Of a DNA stretch of 64,000 bases, positions 1 through 10,768 are shown piece by piece. How positions within the stretch are numbered: the stretch's first letter is position 1; every line of letters starts with the position of its first letter. The stretch is from positions 224,001-288,000 of the forward strand of contig CALSSJ010000010.1 of assembly GCA_943788985.1 (NCBI GenBank), written 5' to 3'. A program made the position numbers and the translations under genes. The notes beneath the pieces are model-generated. The model ran no database searches. It saw only the letters and a program-made list of their open reading frames with translations, and was not told the origin of the DNA. The DNA is from an uncultured Lentisphaerales bacterium. GTDB lineage: Bacteria; Verrucomicrobiota; Lentisphaeria; JABSQK01; UBA12247.

Positions 1-1
1 G

Positions 2-1144
2 GCTGAGTCCCCGGCCGGATTTGAACGCGAGCATGGCGGCTGGAGTGAGTGTGGCTCGACCCTATACCCAGACCAAGCCAGCCTGGATTTTTTGGCGGGA
101 TTGTACGATGAATTCCTGCCGCATTTCGGAAGTGGGATGGTCAATGTGGGCTGCGATGAAACCTGGGAGTTGGGTAAAGGTCGCTCGCGTGAGGAAGCAG
201 AGCGGGACGGTACGACCGCTGTCTACCTGAGATTCCTCCAGCAGATTGATCAGCTGTGTGTAGCACGTAGCCGCCGCATGCAATTCTGGGGAGATATCAT
301 TCTTCATCGGCCGGAGTTGATCTCGGAGCTTCCGCCGGACTGCATCGCCCTGAATTGGGGCTATCAAGCGGATCATCCGTTCGAAACCGAATGTGCGGCG
401 TTCGCGGATGCTGGCGTAGACTTCTACGTCTGCCCTGGCACTAGCAGCTGGAACAGCATCACCGGAAACACCGATAACTGCCTAGTGAACCTTCAGCGCG
501 CAGCGGAGAACGGGCGCAAGTTCGGCGCTTGTGGCTATCTGATTACGGACTGGGGAGATGGTGGCCACCACCAGGTGCTACCGGTCAGCTACGTCGGTTT
601 TGCGGCAGGGGCTGCTTATGCCTGGGGCCTGGACCAAAATCGAGGCGCGGATATTGGGGCGGCTGTCAGCCTTCACTTTCTTGAGGATGAGGACCCGACT
701 GGCGGGCAGGTCTTGTTGGAATTGGGCAGAACGCGAAACTGTTTCGCGGCCGTGAACCCGCGAAACTGCACGATGATTCATCAGATGCTGCTAACGGGTG
801 CTGAGCAGGCGACAGACGTCGGTGACGAGGAACTTCTCGCAGCAGAGGCACATGTGCTTGGCCTGCAGCGTCTTCTTGATGATGCGCCCCTGAGCTCAGA
901 GGATGGCTGCGAGGTCCGGTTCGAAGTACAGCACGCGATCGCATGTACGCTCCACTCTATTCGCCGGGCGATGCATGCCAGAGGCGGCTCCTGGACGGAA
1001 GCGGACCTACGCGCGGATTTGCACCACATCATCCGGACGCACGCTGCACAGTGGCTAGCGCGGAATCGGTATGGCGGTCTACAGGAAAGCACTGAAAAGT
1101 TGCAACAAGCCTTGGCCCGCATCGATGGCCTTTCCAAAAAATAG
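2..1144 (+). CDS. GH20 beta-N-acetylhexosaminidase-like protein, 5' partial
   Basis: Frame is open from the window start. It has the catalytic 'VGCDE' (GxDE) motif plus 'MQFWGD', 'YVCPGTSSWN' and 'LITDWGDGGH', typical of GH20-like hexosaminidases. Confidence 0.85.
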   Translation, partial: AESPAGFEREHGGWSECGSTLYPDQASLDFLAGLYDEFLPHFGSGMVNVGCDETWELGKGRSREEAERDGTTAVYLRFLQQIDQLCVARSRRMQFWGDIILHRPELISELPPDCIALNWGYQADHPFETECAAFADAGVDFYVCPGTSSWNSITGNTDNCLVNLQRAAENGRKFGACGYLITDWGDGGHHQVLPVSYVGFAAGAAYAWGLDQNRGADIGAAVSLHFLEDEDPTGGQVLLELGRTRNCFAAVNPRNCTMIHQMLLTGAEQATDVGDEELLAAEAHVLGLQRLLDDAPLSSEDGCEVRFEVQHAIACTLHSIRRAMHARGGSWTEADLRADLHHIIRTHAAQWLARNRYGGLQESTEKLQQALARIDGLSKK

Positions 1145-1248
1145 ACAAAGAGCGTGAATAGGTCTTCTTTGGCGTTCGTCGGAGGTTGCAGAAGGCGGTA
1201 CTAAAAGCCGCTGCAACCACAAACGAAGTCAATCACGGAGAAATCATC

Positions 1249-2130
1249 ATGAAGGCCACGATCATCACTCTTCTCGTTACTCTGGCATTGGTCGGTACGA
1301 CCCAGGCTCGTCACAGCTGTCAGCTTGACCAATGCGAGATGCACAGATTGGAACGGGAGATTCGAAACGCAGACCAGGTGCTGTGCAATGCCCGGCGCCA
1401 GACACCCCGGTTACTCCAAGCTGAGCAGGTCGAGCACCACCGCCTGCGCCAAGCGCAACAGCAGGCCAACGGCATCCGGAATGATCACAGCTCAGTGCAG
1501 TCTCGGTTGGCTGCCAACGAACGGCAGTTGCGCAGTCTTCGCTCCGAGATCTGCAGGGTGGAAGACTTCATTCGCAACTTGAAAGCGCGTCTTTGCGAAG
1601 CCCGCACCCAGGCCCCATCCCGCTACAATCGTGGGTGCCGGCCCAGTAGCAATAGTCACGCAGTCATCGAACAGCGCCTGAGCCGGGCCTGCTCCTCACT
1701 GACTCGTTTGAAGGCCGACCAATGCCGGATCCAAGCGGAGCAGGCTCCGCTGCAGCATCGCTGCCGAGATTTGGCCAGCAGGCTTGCACCTGCAGAAGCC
1801 GTACTGAACCGGGTTGAGCGTACCCATCGTTGTGCGGCAGACGCCCTTGCTGGGAATCGCCGTGAAGTTCGGGATCAGGAGCGCCTGGTCAATAGCCTGC
1901 GTCACCAGCTGGCATCTGCTCGCTGCGGTGCTGGTGCCGTTCAACCCGAGCGTGGCCACGAGGGACATGACCATGCCCAACGCCCCGCCCGTCCTCACCA
2001 CGAATATGGCCACGGTGAGAGGCATGAGCAAACCCGTCAGCCGCAGCATCCGGCTCCTACTCGGACGCATCGTCAGCATCAGTCGGTGAGCACCTTTTTA
2101 CAGCTCTTGGAGCTGCTCGCTCAGCGCTAA
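1249..2130 (+). CDS. Hypothetical secreted coiled-coil protein, Cys/His/Arg-rich
   Basis: GGAG RBS before ATG 1249; signal peptide MKATIITLLVTLALVGTTQA; long heptad-like region; His-rich tail. Confidence 0.7.
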   Translation: MKATIITLLVTLALVGTTQARHSCQLDQCEMHRLEREIRNADQVLCNARRQTPRLLQAEQVEHHRLRQAQQQANGIRNDHSSVQSRLAANERQLRSLRSEICRVEDFIRNLKARLCEARTQAPSRYNRGCRPSSNSHAVIEQRLSRACSSLTRLKADQCRIQAEQAPLQHRCRDLASRLAPAEAVLNRVERTHRCAADALAGNRREVRDQERLVNSLRHQLASARCGAGAVQPERGHEGHDHAQRPARPHHEYGHGERHEQTRQPQHPAPTRTHRQHQSVSTFLQLLELLAQR

Positions 2131-2150
2131 TCCCGCAGATTTCGGAGCAA

Positions 2151-2198
2151 AAACTACCCGCTGGAGGTCAACTCGACTTTCAGCGGGTAGTCTTGTTT
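2151..2198. terminator. Bidirectional intrinsic terminator between convergent genes
   Basis: Stem ACTACCCGCTG...CAGCGGGTAGT, with an A-run on the left and a T-rich tail on the right. Confidence 0.75.
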
Positions 2199-2208
2199 CT
2201 GAGGGGCT

Positions 2209-4989
2209 TCACTGCTCGGCCAGCCGCTTGGCGAACTCGGCAAGCTTTGCATGCGCTCGGTCCACGCGCCGCAGACGGCTGATGATCTTGGCAGCTTCGG
2301 CATAATCCTTCTCCTCCAGGAGGATGTCTGCGAGAACGACCAGGCACTCAGCCGTGCGAGGAGCCAGCGCCAAGACGGCGGTAGCTTCCCGCCTCGTGCG
2401 CGCTCGGTCGCCCACTTCAAGGGCCACCTCCATAGCCGCAGCGTGAATCTCGACCTCATACGGGCTGACATCTATCGCGTTCTCGTAGGCCGTCAACGCT
2501 GCCTCATAGTGACCTTTTTCTGCCAGAAGCTCAGCCATCATCACGTAGGCCTTTGCATCACTGGTGTGAATGGCCGTGAGCCTCTCCAGTATACTCAGCG
2601 CATCGTCAGCTCGGTCCGACTTACGGAGCACAGTTGCTAGGGGCAGGTAGGCGCCGCCACAGCGCCCGACGCAGCGCGGGGAGGCGTCAAGGGCCAGTTG
2701 GAGGTAACGGATTTGGTCGGTCTTCTGCTCGGCCTTGGCTGCGAGACGGGCGGCAATCATAGCGGCTTGGTAGTCATCGGGATGTGCCTTTAGCGCAATG
2801 TCCAGGTATTCCACGGCGCGCTCCGGTTCATCATTCGCGAGCATAATTCCGCGCACACGTGCCGCTTGGGGCTGGGCCTTGTCGAGGGCGAGCGCGCGAT
2901 CGGCGGCGCGCCGGGCTTCATCGCCGTCGCCGCCATCGAGATATGCGGCGGCCAGAGTGCCCCAGTCGACCGCAGTGAAGCTGTCCTCTGGCAATTCCAG
3001 TAGTGCCTCGAAGCTGGCCGTTGCGGACTTGGCAGGCTCCTTGAGCCGCAGGATCTGCTTCATGTGCAAGCGAACGCCGTCATTGAATTCAGCGAGCGTT
3101 GCCCCGGTTGTATCGGGGACCAGGACGGAGGTTTGCGTGCGCTCTTTGTAGCCGCGCAGCATGTTTAGCAAGGCAGGAAATCCATAGGTATTTACGATGT
3201 AGCGGCAGACTTCCCGGGAGTAGGCATAAGAGGTGGAGAAGCTCTGGCGGCTCTTCGGCAAAGTCAGCCCGGCATTCAAAGTCTGAATGGGGCGAAGCTC
3301 GTCCGCCATCAAAGCATCTACGAGGACATCATCCATATCGGTTCCTGCGTTGGACTCCTCAAATTGGCTGATGCCTTCGGTGAACCAGCGCGGGACGAGG
3401 TAGTCGGTGGCCTGCAGGGTCAGGACGTGCAGGAATTCATGACGTAGGACTTCGCGCCAGTTGAACGTGGTGGTGCCAAACTTGCTGGATCTCGGTGACG
3501 GCAACAAAATAACCTGACCAAAGCAAACGCCGAGTGCGCCAAGGCCGGGTAGGCCGGTAATCCGTGCGGAGAAGTCTTGGTGCGTCGGATGAAAAATTAC
3601 GAGAACCTTGCCACCGAATTGCCGCGGCCCCACAGGCTCCAAGCCATATTTGACGGTATAGGTGTCCCAGATCTCCTCCAAGGCGGGGGCGAGATAGGGC
3701 CAGAGAACCTTGGCTTCCTGCTTATCAAGCCTTACGACAAAATGCTCCGTCTCCTTGGTCAGAAACTTGCGGGCATCATATTCCTTATCCAAGACGGTGA
3801 GCATATTATACGCCCATAGGTTGAACCGGTTCAGGGAGAAGGCCTCATCAAGAAGCTTGCGCCCCTCATCTTCCTCTCCCTGGCGTAGAAGGGCGACAGC
3901 GGCGAGGTACTTGCCAGCCCAGTTGGCGGGGTCTTCGAGCATCGCCTTGCGCCCCCATAGTTCCATTCGGTCAAACTGGTAGCGGCGTTCCGCGGCGCGA
4001 GCTAGAATCACGTACACGCCTGCTGCGTTTGTGCGAAGGCTTATTGCCTTGGCGATGGTGGCGTCACGCTTGGTAAGTTGTTGCCGGCCATCGTACCAAG
4101 CCGCCAGCCAGGCAACTGATTCAACATCCTTCGGATTTGTTTCGAGAGCTCGCTCGAGCGCTGCGCGGGAGGCCGTGTACTCTTCGCCCAGCCATAAGAG
4201 CCGCGATTGCAGACGGAGCGCTGCAACGTGTCTTGGATTCAGCGTCAGGACCGACTCCACCTGCTCTTGCGCCTGGGAATAGTCGCCTTGCTCTACGGCA
4301 ACCCGAGCCGCGCCTGCCAACACATCAGGATGCCTGGGGTTCAATGCCAGCGCTTTGTTGTAGCACTCGGTGGCGAATTCCCAAGAAAGGGACTGCGCGC
4401 ATGCCTCGCCGCCTAGAACGAACGCTGGCAGATACGACGGGTCGGCTTGCTGGGCATCCTGATAGGCATTCCAGGCCCCCTTGGGGTCGTCGTCCTGGAC
4501 GCCAAACGCGCAGGCAGTCGTGCCCACCGCATCATCCGCGCCCGTACGCCGAAATAGAGCGAAGAAGTAGCGCGACTGCTGTCGGAGTATGGTCTCATCC
4601 CCCACAATCCGTGCAACTCGTACCAGTTCAACACGCGTTTGCACCGATTGCGGCGCCAGTTGCAGGGCCTCCTTCAGTCGTACCAAAGCTTTTTGATGGT
4701 CTCCCATCGCTGTTGCTGCTCGTGAAATCTCTACGGCAGCATCGGGCGCCTGGGATTCTTGCCAAACGCGTTGCGCGAGCTCCAAGGCTTTCTGGTAGCG
4801 TCCCTTCGCGCGGGCTAGCTCGCAACGCGCTGCCCATTGCTCGAGACTGGCTTCGGAAACTTTCTGCAACAACTCAGCCACGCGCTCGTAATCACCGCGA
4901 GCCAGAGCGGCGCGCACAGGGCTTTCCCCGGAATTACCGAGTGCTATTTGGGTTATTGCAGCCAGCAGGAGGATAAGTATTTGTTTCAT
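2209..4989 (-). CDS. Secreted TPR-repeat protein with a peptidase MA-like (HEXXH) domain
   Basis: Signal peptide, many TPR-like repeats, HEFLH followed by 'PRWFTEGISQFEE'. Confidence 0.85.
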   Translation of the reverse strand: MKQILILLLAAITQIALGNSGESPVRAALARGDYERVAELLQKVSEASLEQWAARCELARAKGRYQKALELAQRVWQESQAPDAAVEISRAATAMGDHQKALVRLKEALQLAPQSVQTRVELVRVARIVGDETILRQQSRYFFALFRRTGADDAVGTTACAFGVQDDDPKGAWNAYQDAQQADPSYLPAFVLGGEACAQSLSWEFATECYNKALALNPRHPDVLAGAARVAVEQGDYSQAQEQVESVLTLNPRHVAALRLQSRLLWLGEEYTASRAALERALETNPKDVESVAWLAAWYDGRQQLTKRDATIAKAISLRTNAAGVYVILARAAERRYQFDRMELWGRKAMLEDPANWAGKYLAAVALLRQGEEDEGRKLLDEAFSLNRFNLWAYNMLTVLDKEYDARKFLTKETEHFVVRLDKQEAKVLWPYLAPALEEIWDTYTVKYGLEPVGPRQFGGKVLVIFHPTHQDFSARITGLPGLGALGVCFGQVILLPSPRSSKFGTTTFNWREVLRHEFLHVLTLQATDYLVPRWFTEGISQFEESNAGTDMDDVLVDALMADELRPIQTLNAGLTLPKSRQSFSTSYAYSREVCRYIVNTYGFPALLNMLRGYKERTQTSVLVPDTTGATLAEFNDGVRLHMKQILRLKEPAKSATASFEALLELPEDSFTAVDWGTLAAAYLDGGDGDEARRAADRALALDKAQPQAARVRGIMLANDEPERAVEYLDIALKAHPDDYQAAMIAARLAAKAEQKTDQIRYLQLALDASPRCVGRCGGAYLPLATVLRKSDRADDALSILERLTAIHTSDAKAYVMMAELLAEKGHYEAALTAYENAIDVSPYEVEIHAAAMEVALEVGDRARTRREATAVLALAPRTAECLVVLADILLEEKDYAEAAKIISRLRRVDRAHAKLAEFAKRLAEQ

Positions 4990-5288
4990 AATCGACGATC
5001 CGATCGTATTCCATACGGCGAAGATGTGCAGCGAGCCCGAACTGTACCAGACGAAACCGCTGGAGTAAATGTCTCCATCAAGTTTGTACTTCTTTCGTTG
5101 CCGGTGTAAAATTTAGGCCCTTACAAAGGCAGTTATTTGTCAGATCCATATGTCTAAATTTATGACGTTGCATGGCTAGAGTCCCACCATATTCCCCGCA
5201 AGGGCCTAGGAATAAGAGCGGTATTGAGGTTGAACACAAACTTCAAGATTACGGCGTAACGGCTACCGTTTTGCTGTCTCGGTCCGGT

Positions 5289-5765
5289 ATGGGCATGATG
5301 CAGCGGAAACAGGCAGACGATCCGCCGATCCCTGCCCCGGCAGATGCGGCCGCCAACATTATCTACTCCGTGGCCACTGACAGCGACATCGGCTGTCCCA
5401 AATGTCGAGCCCGGTTCGAGGTGTCCCAGGAGTTTTTTGGTGCTGTTGCGGAATGTCCGGAATGCGGCTGTGAGTTTCTGATCAAGCCACCCGGGACCGC
5501 CCCTTATCGGCCCCCCAAGCCCAGGGCTCGTCGGCCTGCGCCGCCACAGCGGCTGGCACCCCCTACCGCGCACTCGCCGTCTACGCCTTACCGCCGACCC
5601 CCGGCACAGTCAAGGGCACCAGAGCCGGAACGTGAGCCCGAAGAGATTGATGATGATGAGTACGAGGATGTAGCAGTGAGCTCTGGCCGTGATCCGCTCA
5701 TCGTGGGATTGCTAATTTTTTTATGCGTGCTGGTCGTCGTATTGATCGTCGTACTAGCAAAGTGA
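5289..5765 (+). CDS. Zinc-ribbon protein with Pro-rich linker and C-terminal TM anchor (start uncertain, 5172 possible)
   Basis: CPKC...CPEC, Pro/Arg-rich linker, acidic patch, terminal hydrophobic helix. Confidence 0.75.
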   Translation: MGMMQRKQADDPPIPAPADAAANIIYSVATDSDIGCPKCRARFEVSQEFFGAVAECPECGCEFLIKPPGTAPYRPPKPRARRPAPPQRLAPPTAHSPSTPYRRPPAQSRAPEPEREPEEIDDDEYEDVAVSSGRDPLIVGLLIFLCVLVVVLIVVLAK

Positions 5766-5828
5766 CGATATCCTGTGTTCCAGCCGGAATGCAGGTACCC
5801 GCTTACAAGCCATTACCGAAGGAATGAG

Positions 5829-8090
5829 ATGTACCGACTTGCTGCACTGCCCGCCCTATGCTTCGCCCTGCTCCTGACAGCACCTTGGCTTGCCGCCCAA
5901 GGCCTTGATATTCCCGAAGACGTCAGCGTCTTAGCCGACTTTACGGAGTTTGATCCTAAAACCAAGGAAGCCGTACTCAGCGGCAATGTGACGATCACCT
6001 ACCTGTCCAGCTCGCTGAAGGCAGACAAGGTCTGGATCAATACCGAAACTCAAGACGTATACGCTAGCGGCAACGTGGTCGTAGATCGGGAAGGCGACAC
6101 TTGGAAAGGGGATTACGTACAGGGAAATCTCAAGGAGCAGTCGCTCTCATTCAACGAGCATTATACCGTCGTGGACGACTGGCATATCAGCGGCTCCGGG
6201 GCGTCACGCATGGCAGATGGCCGACTGATCGTGAATGACGCCACGATCTCTCCGTGTAATCAGGTCATGCGCCTGCAGACGGGCAAGGTCCTCTATCATC
6301 CGGACGGCCGCTTTCGGGCGAACAACGTGGTCTATAAGATCGGCGGCGTACCCGTCTTCTACGTGCCAGTTATCTGGGGAGACTTGGACAATGACTACCG
6401 CGGACTAGAGTTCCGCGCAGGCTACGAATCCGACAATGGCGGGATGTTTCGTCTTGCCAAGCGCTGGCGCATGACACCGGACGTGACGAATAAACTGGGT
6501 GTAAACTACTACACCAACCGCGGGTTCGGGATCGACAACAAACTCGTCGTCAAGCACGACAAATCTACGACCGACCTGTACCTCTGGGGCCAGATGGATG
6601 ACGACCCACTGTACGATCGTCGCGTTGGCGGTGAGAAGTACAATGGCCGCTATGCAATTGAGGATGAGCATTACCGCATTCAACTGCACCATCGGACAGA
6701 CTTCACAGACCGATTGACGATGCAGGTGCACGGGGACTACCTGAGCGACAGCGATGTGCTTTACGACTTTTTTGAGCAAGAGTACCGCGACATGGCTCAA
6801 CCCCCGAATTTCGCCGATCTCAGTTATCTCGGAGACAACTTTACGGTCAGCCTGAATGCACGTGCCCAGCTCAACGACTTTTTTACGGTTGCCGAAAAGC
6901 TGCCCGAGTTGAAGCTTACGGTCCCAAGACAGCAACTGCTAAACACAGCGCTGCAGTATCAGGGAGAGTCCAGTGGGGCTCGCCTGCGCATGAAATGGCG
7001 CGAATATGACCTTCCGACCGTCGCCAATGCGCAGCGTGGCATCGACTACGAGACCACCCGCTTCGACACCATGCATTTCCTGTTCCTGCCGCTGAAGCTG
7101 GGCCATTTTGACTTCACGCCTCGTGTTGGCGGACGGGTGACTTGGTACGAAAACTCCTCAACCGAAGCTGTGAGCAACGACGAACTCAACAAGAACTTCG
7201 GGTTGGATATCCCCCGTGGTGCCCCGACCGTGGTCGGGGAATTCAAAGGCTACAACGAAGCTGGGGGCGAGCAGACCAACGCGGCTGCGGAAGTTGGCTT
7301 TGAGTTGCGTACGAAGTTGCACAGCACTTGGGATGGTATCAAGAACGAGCATCTCGGCATTGACGGCGTCCGCCATGTTGTCGAGCCCTACTTGAATCAC
7401 ACCTACATTTCCGACCCAGATGTCTCCTCGGACGAGCTTTACTTCTTTGACGAGATCGACCGCGTTGATGAGACTCACTTCACGCGTATTGGCATTGAGC
7501 AGCGATTCCAGACCCGCAGAGACAAGCGCATTTACACGTTTGCCCGCATCGAGACCTACTATGACTTCTACCATGAGACTGAGGCCGACGAGGATGAAGC
7601 CGGTGACTTCGGCTTAGTCATTGACGTCGCTCCGACCGAGGACATTCAGTTCTGGTGGCACTCGCTGGTCAACGCTGGCGACGGCCGATTCAACGTCTCC
7701 CATCTTGGTGCGCGGTACGGAGACAATGAGAAGTTCTTTTTCGACATTGCCTATCTTTACCAGGATAACTTCAAGAGCCGGTATAACTACTCAATGGTCT
7801 CTGAGTTGACGCAAGTCCTGACGATGGATTACTTCCCGATCGTTTATGACGAGAACGAGTCTGTTCGCCTCTCAGCTGGTATGCCGATCAACGACAAGAC
7901 CACAGTGCGTGCTCATCTTTTCTTTGACCTTGAGGCCGGAAGCTTAGTGCGCCAGCGCTATGAGCTTTTGCGCGACCTGAACTGCTGGATGGCTTCGCTT
8001 TCCTTTGAGAAGGAGGAAGACGAGCTCGAAGCCTATCTCCTTTTCTACCTGAAGTCGCTGCCGAATTTCGGCTTGGGCTTTGGAAACTGA
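5829..8090 (+). CDS. lptD: LPS-assembly outer-membrane protein LptD
   Basis: Signal peptide; OstA-like N-terminus (LSGNVTITY...LKADKV); 'GGVPVFYVP'; 'RHVVEPY'; C-terminal 'RDLNCW' barrel end. Confidence 0.8.
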   Translation: MYRLAALPALCFALLLTAPWLAAQGLDIPEDVSVLADFTEFDPKTKEAVLSGNVTITYLSSSLKADKVWINTETQDVYASGNVVVDREGDTWKGDYVQGNLKEQSLSFNEHYTVVDDWHISGSGASRMADGRLIVNDATISPCNQVMRLQTGKVLYHPDGRFRANNVVYKIGGVPVFYVPVIWGDLDNDYRGLEFRAGYESDNGGMFRLAKRWRMTPDVTNKLGVNYYTNRGFGIDNKLVVKHDKSTTDLYLWGQMDDDPLYDRRVGGEKYNGRYAIEDEHYRIQLHHRTDFTDRLTMQVHGDYLSDSDVLYDFFEQEYRDMAQPPNFADLSYLGDNFTVSLNARAQLNDFFTVAEKLPELKLTVPRQQLLNTALQYQGESSGARLRMKWREYDLPTVANAQRGIDYETTRFDTMHFLFLPLKLGHFDFTPRVGGRVTWYENSSTEAVSNDELNKNFGLDIPRGAPTVVGEFKGYNEAGGEQTNAAAEVGFELRTKLHSTWDGIKNEHLGIDGVRHVVEPYLNHTYISDPDVSSDELYFFDEIDRVDETHFTRIGIEQRFQTRRDKRIYTFARIETYYDFYHETEADEDEAGDFGLVIDVAPTEDIQFWWHSLVNAGDGRFNVSHLGARYGDNEKFFFDIAYLYQDNFKSRYNYSMVSELTQVLTMDYFPIVYDENESVRLSAGMPINDKTTVRAHLFFDLEAGSLVRQRYELLRDLNCWMASLSFEKEEDELEAYLLFYLKSLPNFGLGFGN

Positions 8091-8114
8091 TTCCCACCCC
8101 TTTCAAGACCTGCC

Positions 8115-9233
8115 ATGCCTGTCCCTCTTCTTGATCTCAAGGCGCAGTATCTCCCACTGAAGGATGAGATTGCCGCCGCATTTACCGACGTATGTGAGAC
8201 CCAGCGCTTCATCATGGGGCCCGTTGTAGAAGGCCTCGAGGCCGATGTCTGCGCCTATACTGGTGCTAGCCACGCAGTCGGCGTTTCCTCCGGAACAGAT
8301 GCGCTTATCGCTGCCCTGATGGTGGCAGGGGTGCGAGCAGGCGATGAAGTGATCGTCCCGACCTATACCTTCTTTGCTACTGCTGGTTCCGTCTATCGCC
8401 TTGGCGCTACCCCAGTTTTTGTCGATGTCGAAGCCGACACCCTCAATGTCTCCGCGGCGGCGATCGAAGCAGCGATCACGAGTAAGACCAGAGCGATCAT
8501 TCCTGTCCATCTTTTCGGCCAATGTGCAGACATGGACCCGATTATGGAATTGGCTTCCCGTCACGACCTTATCGTGATCGAAGATGCAGCGCAGGCCATT
8601 GGCGCAGAGTACAAGGGTCGCCAGGCGGGGACAATGGGCCACTATGGTTGCTTTTCCTTTTTTCCGAGTAAGAACCTCGGCTGCTTCGGGGATGGCGGCA
8701 TGGTTGTCACCAACGACACCGCCACCGCCACATTGCTTCAGCAGTACCGGATGCACGGCTCATACCCGAAGTACTATCACAAGCATGTCGGTGGAAATTT
8801 TCGCCTTGATGCCCTCCAGGCTGGGATACTTCGAGTTAAGCTTCCTCGCCTGGATGCGTGGCATCAAGGGCGGGTAGCGAACGCGGCCTGGTATGATGAG
8901 GCATTTGCCGAGCTCGATCTGCAAGGCCTTGCGTTGCCGACTGTTGCAGCCACGACCACGCGGCATATTTTCAATCAGTACAATCTGCGAACTCCGCACC
9001 GGGATCGGTTGCAGGCACATTTGAAGGCTGCCGGAGTGGGCTGTGAGATTTACTACCCACTTCCTCTTCATTTGCAGGAGTGCTTTGCGGAATTTGGCGG
9101 CAAGCCAGGCGACTGTCCAAACGCTGAGGCCGCAGCCGCAGAGTCACTGGCGATCCCAGTCTATCCCGAGCTTACCATCGAGCAGCGCTCTGAGGTCGTA
9201 GAGGCCATTCGCAGCTGTCTTGCCCAAGTATGA
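8115..9233 (+). CDS. DegT/DnrJ/EryC1/StrS PLP-dependent sugar aminotransferase
   Basis: 'IEDAAQAIG' and 'SFFPSKNLG' (catalytic Lys). Confidence 0.92.
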   Translation: MPVPLLDLKAQYLPLKDEIAAAFTDVCETQRFIMGPVVEGLEADVCAYTGASHAVGVSSGTDALIAALMVAGVRAGDEVIVPTYTFFATAGSVYRLGATPVFVDVEADTLNVSAAAIEAAITSKTRAIIPVHLFGQCADMDPIMELASRHDLIVIEDAAQAIGAEYKGRQAGTMGHYGCFSFFPSKNLGCFGDGGMVVTNDTATATLLQQYRMHGSYPKYYHKHVGGNFRLDALQAGILRVKLPRLDAWHQGRVANAAWYDEAFAELDLQGLALPTVAATTTRHIFNQYNLRTPHRDRLQAHLKAAGVGCEIYYPLPLHLQECFAEFGGKPGDCPNAEAAAAESLAIPVYPELTIEQRSEVVEAIRSCLAQV

Positions 9234-10189
9234 GTACTGATAGCGGCAGCCTGCCGGGCGTCTCGGCAGTGATTCCTGCCTATAACTACGCGCACTTCCT
9301 GTCGGCTGCGATCGATTCTATCCTCCAGCAGGACTATCCTAACGTCCACATCATTGTGGTCGATGATGGCAGCAAGGACAACACTGCTGAAGTCGTCGCG
9401 AAGTACGGTGACAAGGTCGAGTATGTGTATCAGGATAACGCTGGATTGCCCGCCTCGCGAAATACCGGGATTCGTGCCGCCAAGACGCCCTTCGTCGCGT
9501 TTCTGGACGCAGACGATCTCTGGCTGCCAAACCTGGTCTCGCAGTGCATCGGCGTTTTTGCTGACAATGACGATTCTCTCGGGATCGTGGCGGGGAAATT
9601 TGTCAGGGTCGACCCGGAGGGGAAGCCATACGGGAAAGTGACGCGCGATGATGACTTCTATGGCTTCTACAGGCCGGAAGACATTATCCTCAAGCAGCGC
9701 TTTGGTGCCTCAGCGGTGATGGTGCGCCGTGAGGTATTCGATGAGGTCGGGTTCTTTGATGTGAGCCTCACCAGCTCCGAAGATAGAGATATGTGGATTC
9801 GGATCGGGGCCAAGTACAAGGGCTATCTGACTGAAGACGTGCTCGGCTATGTTCGTAACCATCCCAATAGTATGAGCAAACATTCAGATCGGATGAAGCA
9901 GAATATGCGCGCGGTCATTCGCAAGGCTCGCGCGAGCGACGTGATCCCGAAGTACAACTATCCGTTCTGGCTTCGGGTGATCGCGTTTAACATGTTCCAG
10001 TGCGCCTGGATGTATTTTGACGAGCGGCGCTATGTGCGTGCGTCTGTGGAGTTAACGAAATCCCTGCTGACCTGGCCGTTTATTGTGGGTTGCGCTGATC
10101 TCGATGAGCCACCGCTGTTCCGCATCCGGGCGCTGCGCCGGTTTCTCTGGGCGATTGTGGCGGGCCCTCGGCGTCCCAAGAACGCGTAG
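9230..10189 (+). CDS. Glycosyltransferase family 2
   Basis: 'VIPAYN', 'VVDDGSKD', 'FLDADD', 'SEDRDMW'; ATGA overlap with the upstream gene. Confidence 0.92.
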   Translation: MSTDSGSLPGVSAVIPAYNYAHFLSAAIDSILQQDYPNVHIIVVDDGSKDNTAEVVAKYGDKVEYVYQDNAGLPASRNTGIRAAKTPFVAFLDADDLWLPNLVSQCIGVFADNDDSLGIVAGKFVRVDPEGKPYGKVTRDDDFYGFYRPEDIILKQRFGASAVMVRREVFDEVGFFDVSLTSSEDRDMWIRIGAKYKGYLTEDVLGYVRNHPNSMSKHSDRMKQNMRAVIRKARASDVIPKYNYPFWLRVIAFNMFQCAWMYFDERRYVRASVELTKSLLTWPFIVGCADLDEPPLFRIRALRRFLWAIVAGPRRPKNA

Positions 10190-10192
10190 CAG

Positions 10193-10756
10193 GTGACTCG
10201 CCTGTTTGCACTGCTCGCTACCTGTCTGGTGAGCTTCGGACAGGGGATGGGCCAGGGGCAATCGGTTAGACTCCAGCTCGACGACGCTATAGTCGTCTCA
10301 GGAGTTGTCGAAGCGATTGACGATGATCGCTATATGATTTCGCAAGCAGATGGCAAGACCGTCGTCGTTCGCGCAGAAGATATCGTGCAACTCGCCTTTG
10401 ATCCGGATGCTGCGAAAGTCTACCAAGACGAACTGGCGCGAGACGAAGCACCGCTGCCGAAGCTCACTCATCAGCAGTTTCAGCAGCTCGCAGGGCGGGA
10501 GACTATTCTGGACCTTGAATCTGCAGTCATGAAAATCTTAACGACGCCACAGTTACTTGCCTCAGTCGCGGAGCTAAGTCAGGAGCCGGGGCTGAAAACT
10601 CTGATTCAGGATGTCGGTGCAATGCAGCAATTCTACAAAGGACAGATCGCCGATTTCTCGAGGCATCCGGAAGTCGTGAAGCTGCGGGAAAATGCCAAGC
10701 TGCAGTCTCTGCTGGACGCGCTGGAGGCGCCGTCTAGTCCAGTCGCGGAAGAGTGA
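10193..10756 (+). CDS. Hypothetical exported protein
   Basis: GTG start directly after the GT2 stop; signal-peptide-like N-terminus. Confidence 0.6.
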   Translation: MTRLFALLATCLVSFGQGMGQGQSVRLQLDDAIVVSGVVEAIDDDRYMISQADGKTVVVRAEDIVQLAFDPDAAKVYQDELARDEAPLPKLTHQQFQQLAGRETILDLESAVMKILTTPQLLASVAELSQEPGLKTLIQDVGAMQQFYKGQIADFSRHPEVVKLRENAKLQSLLDALEAPSSPVAEE

Positions 10757-10768
10757 ACCGGGACCGCG

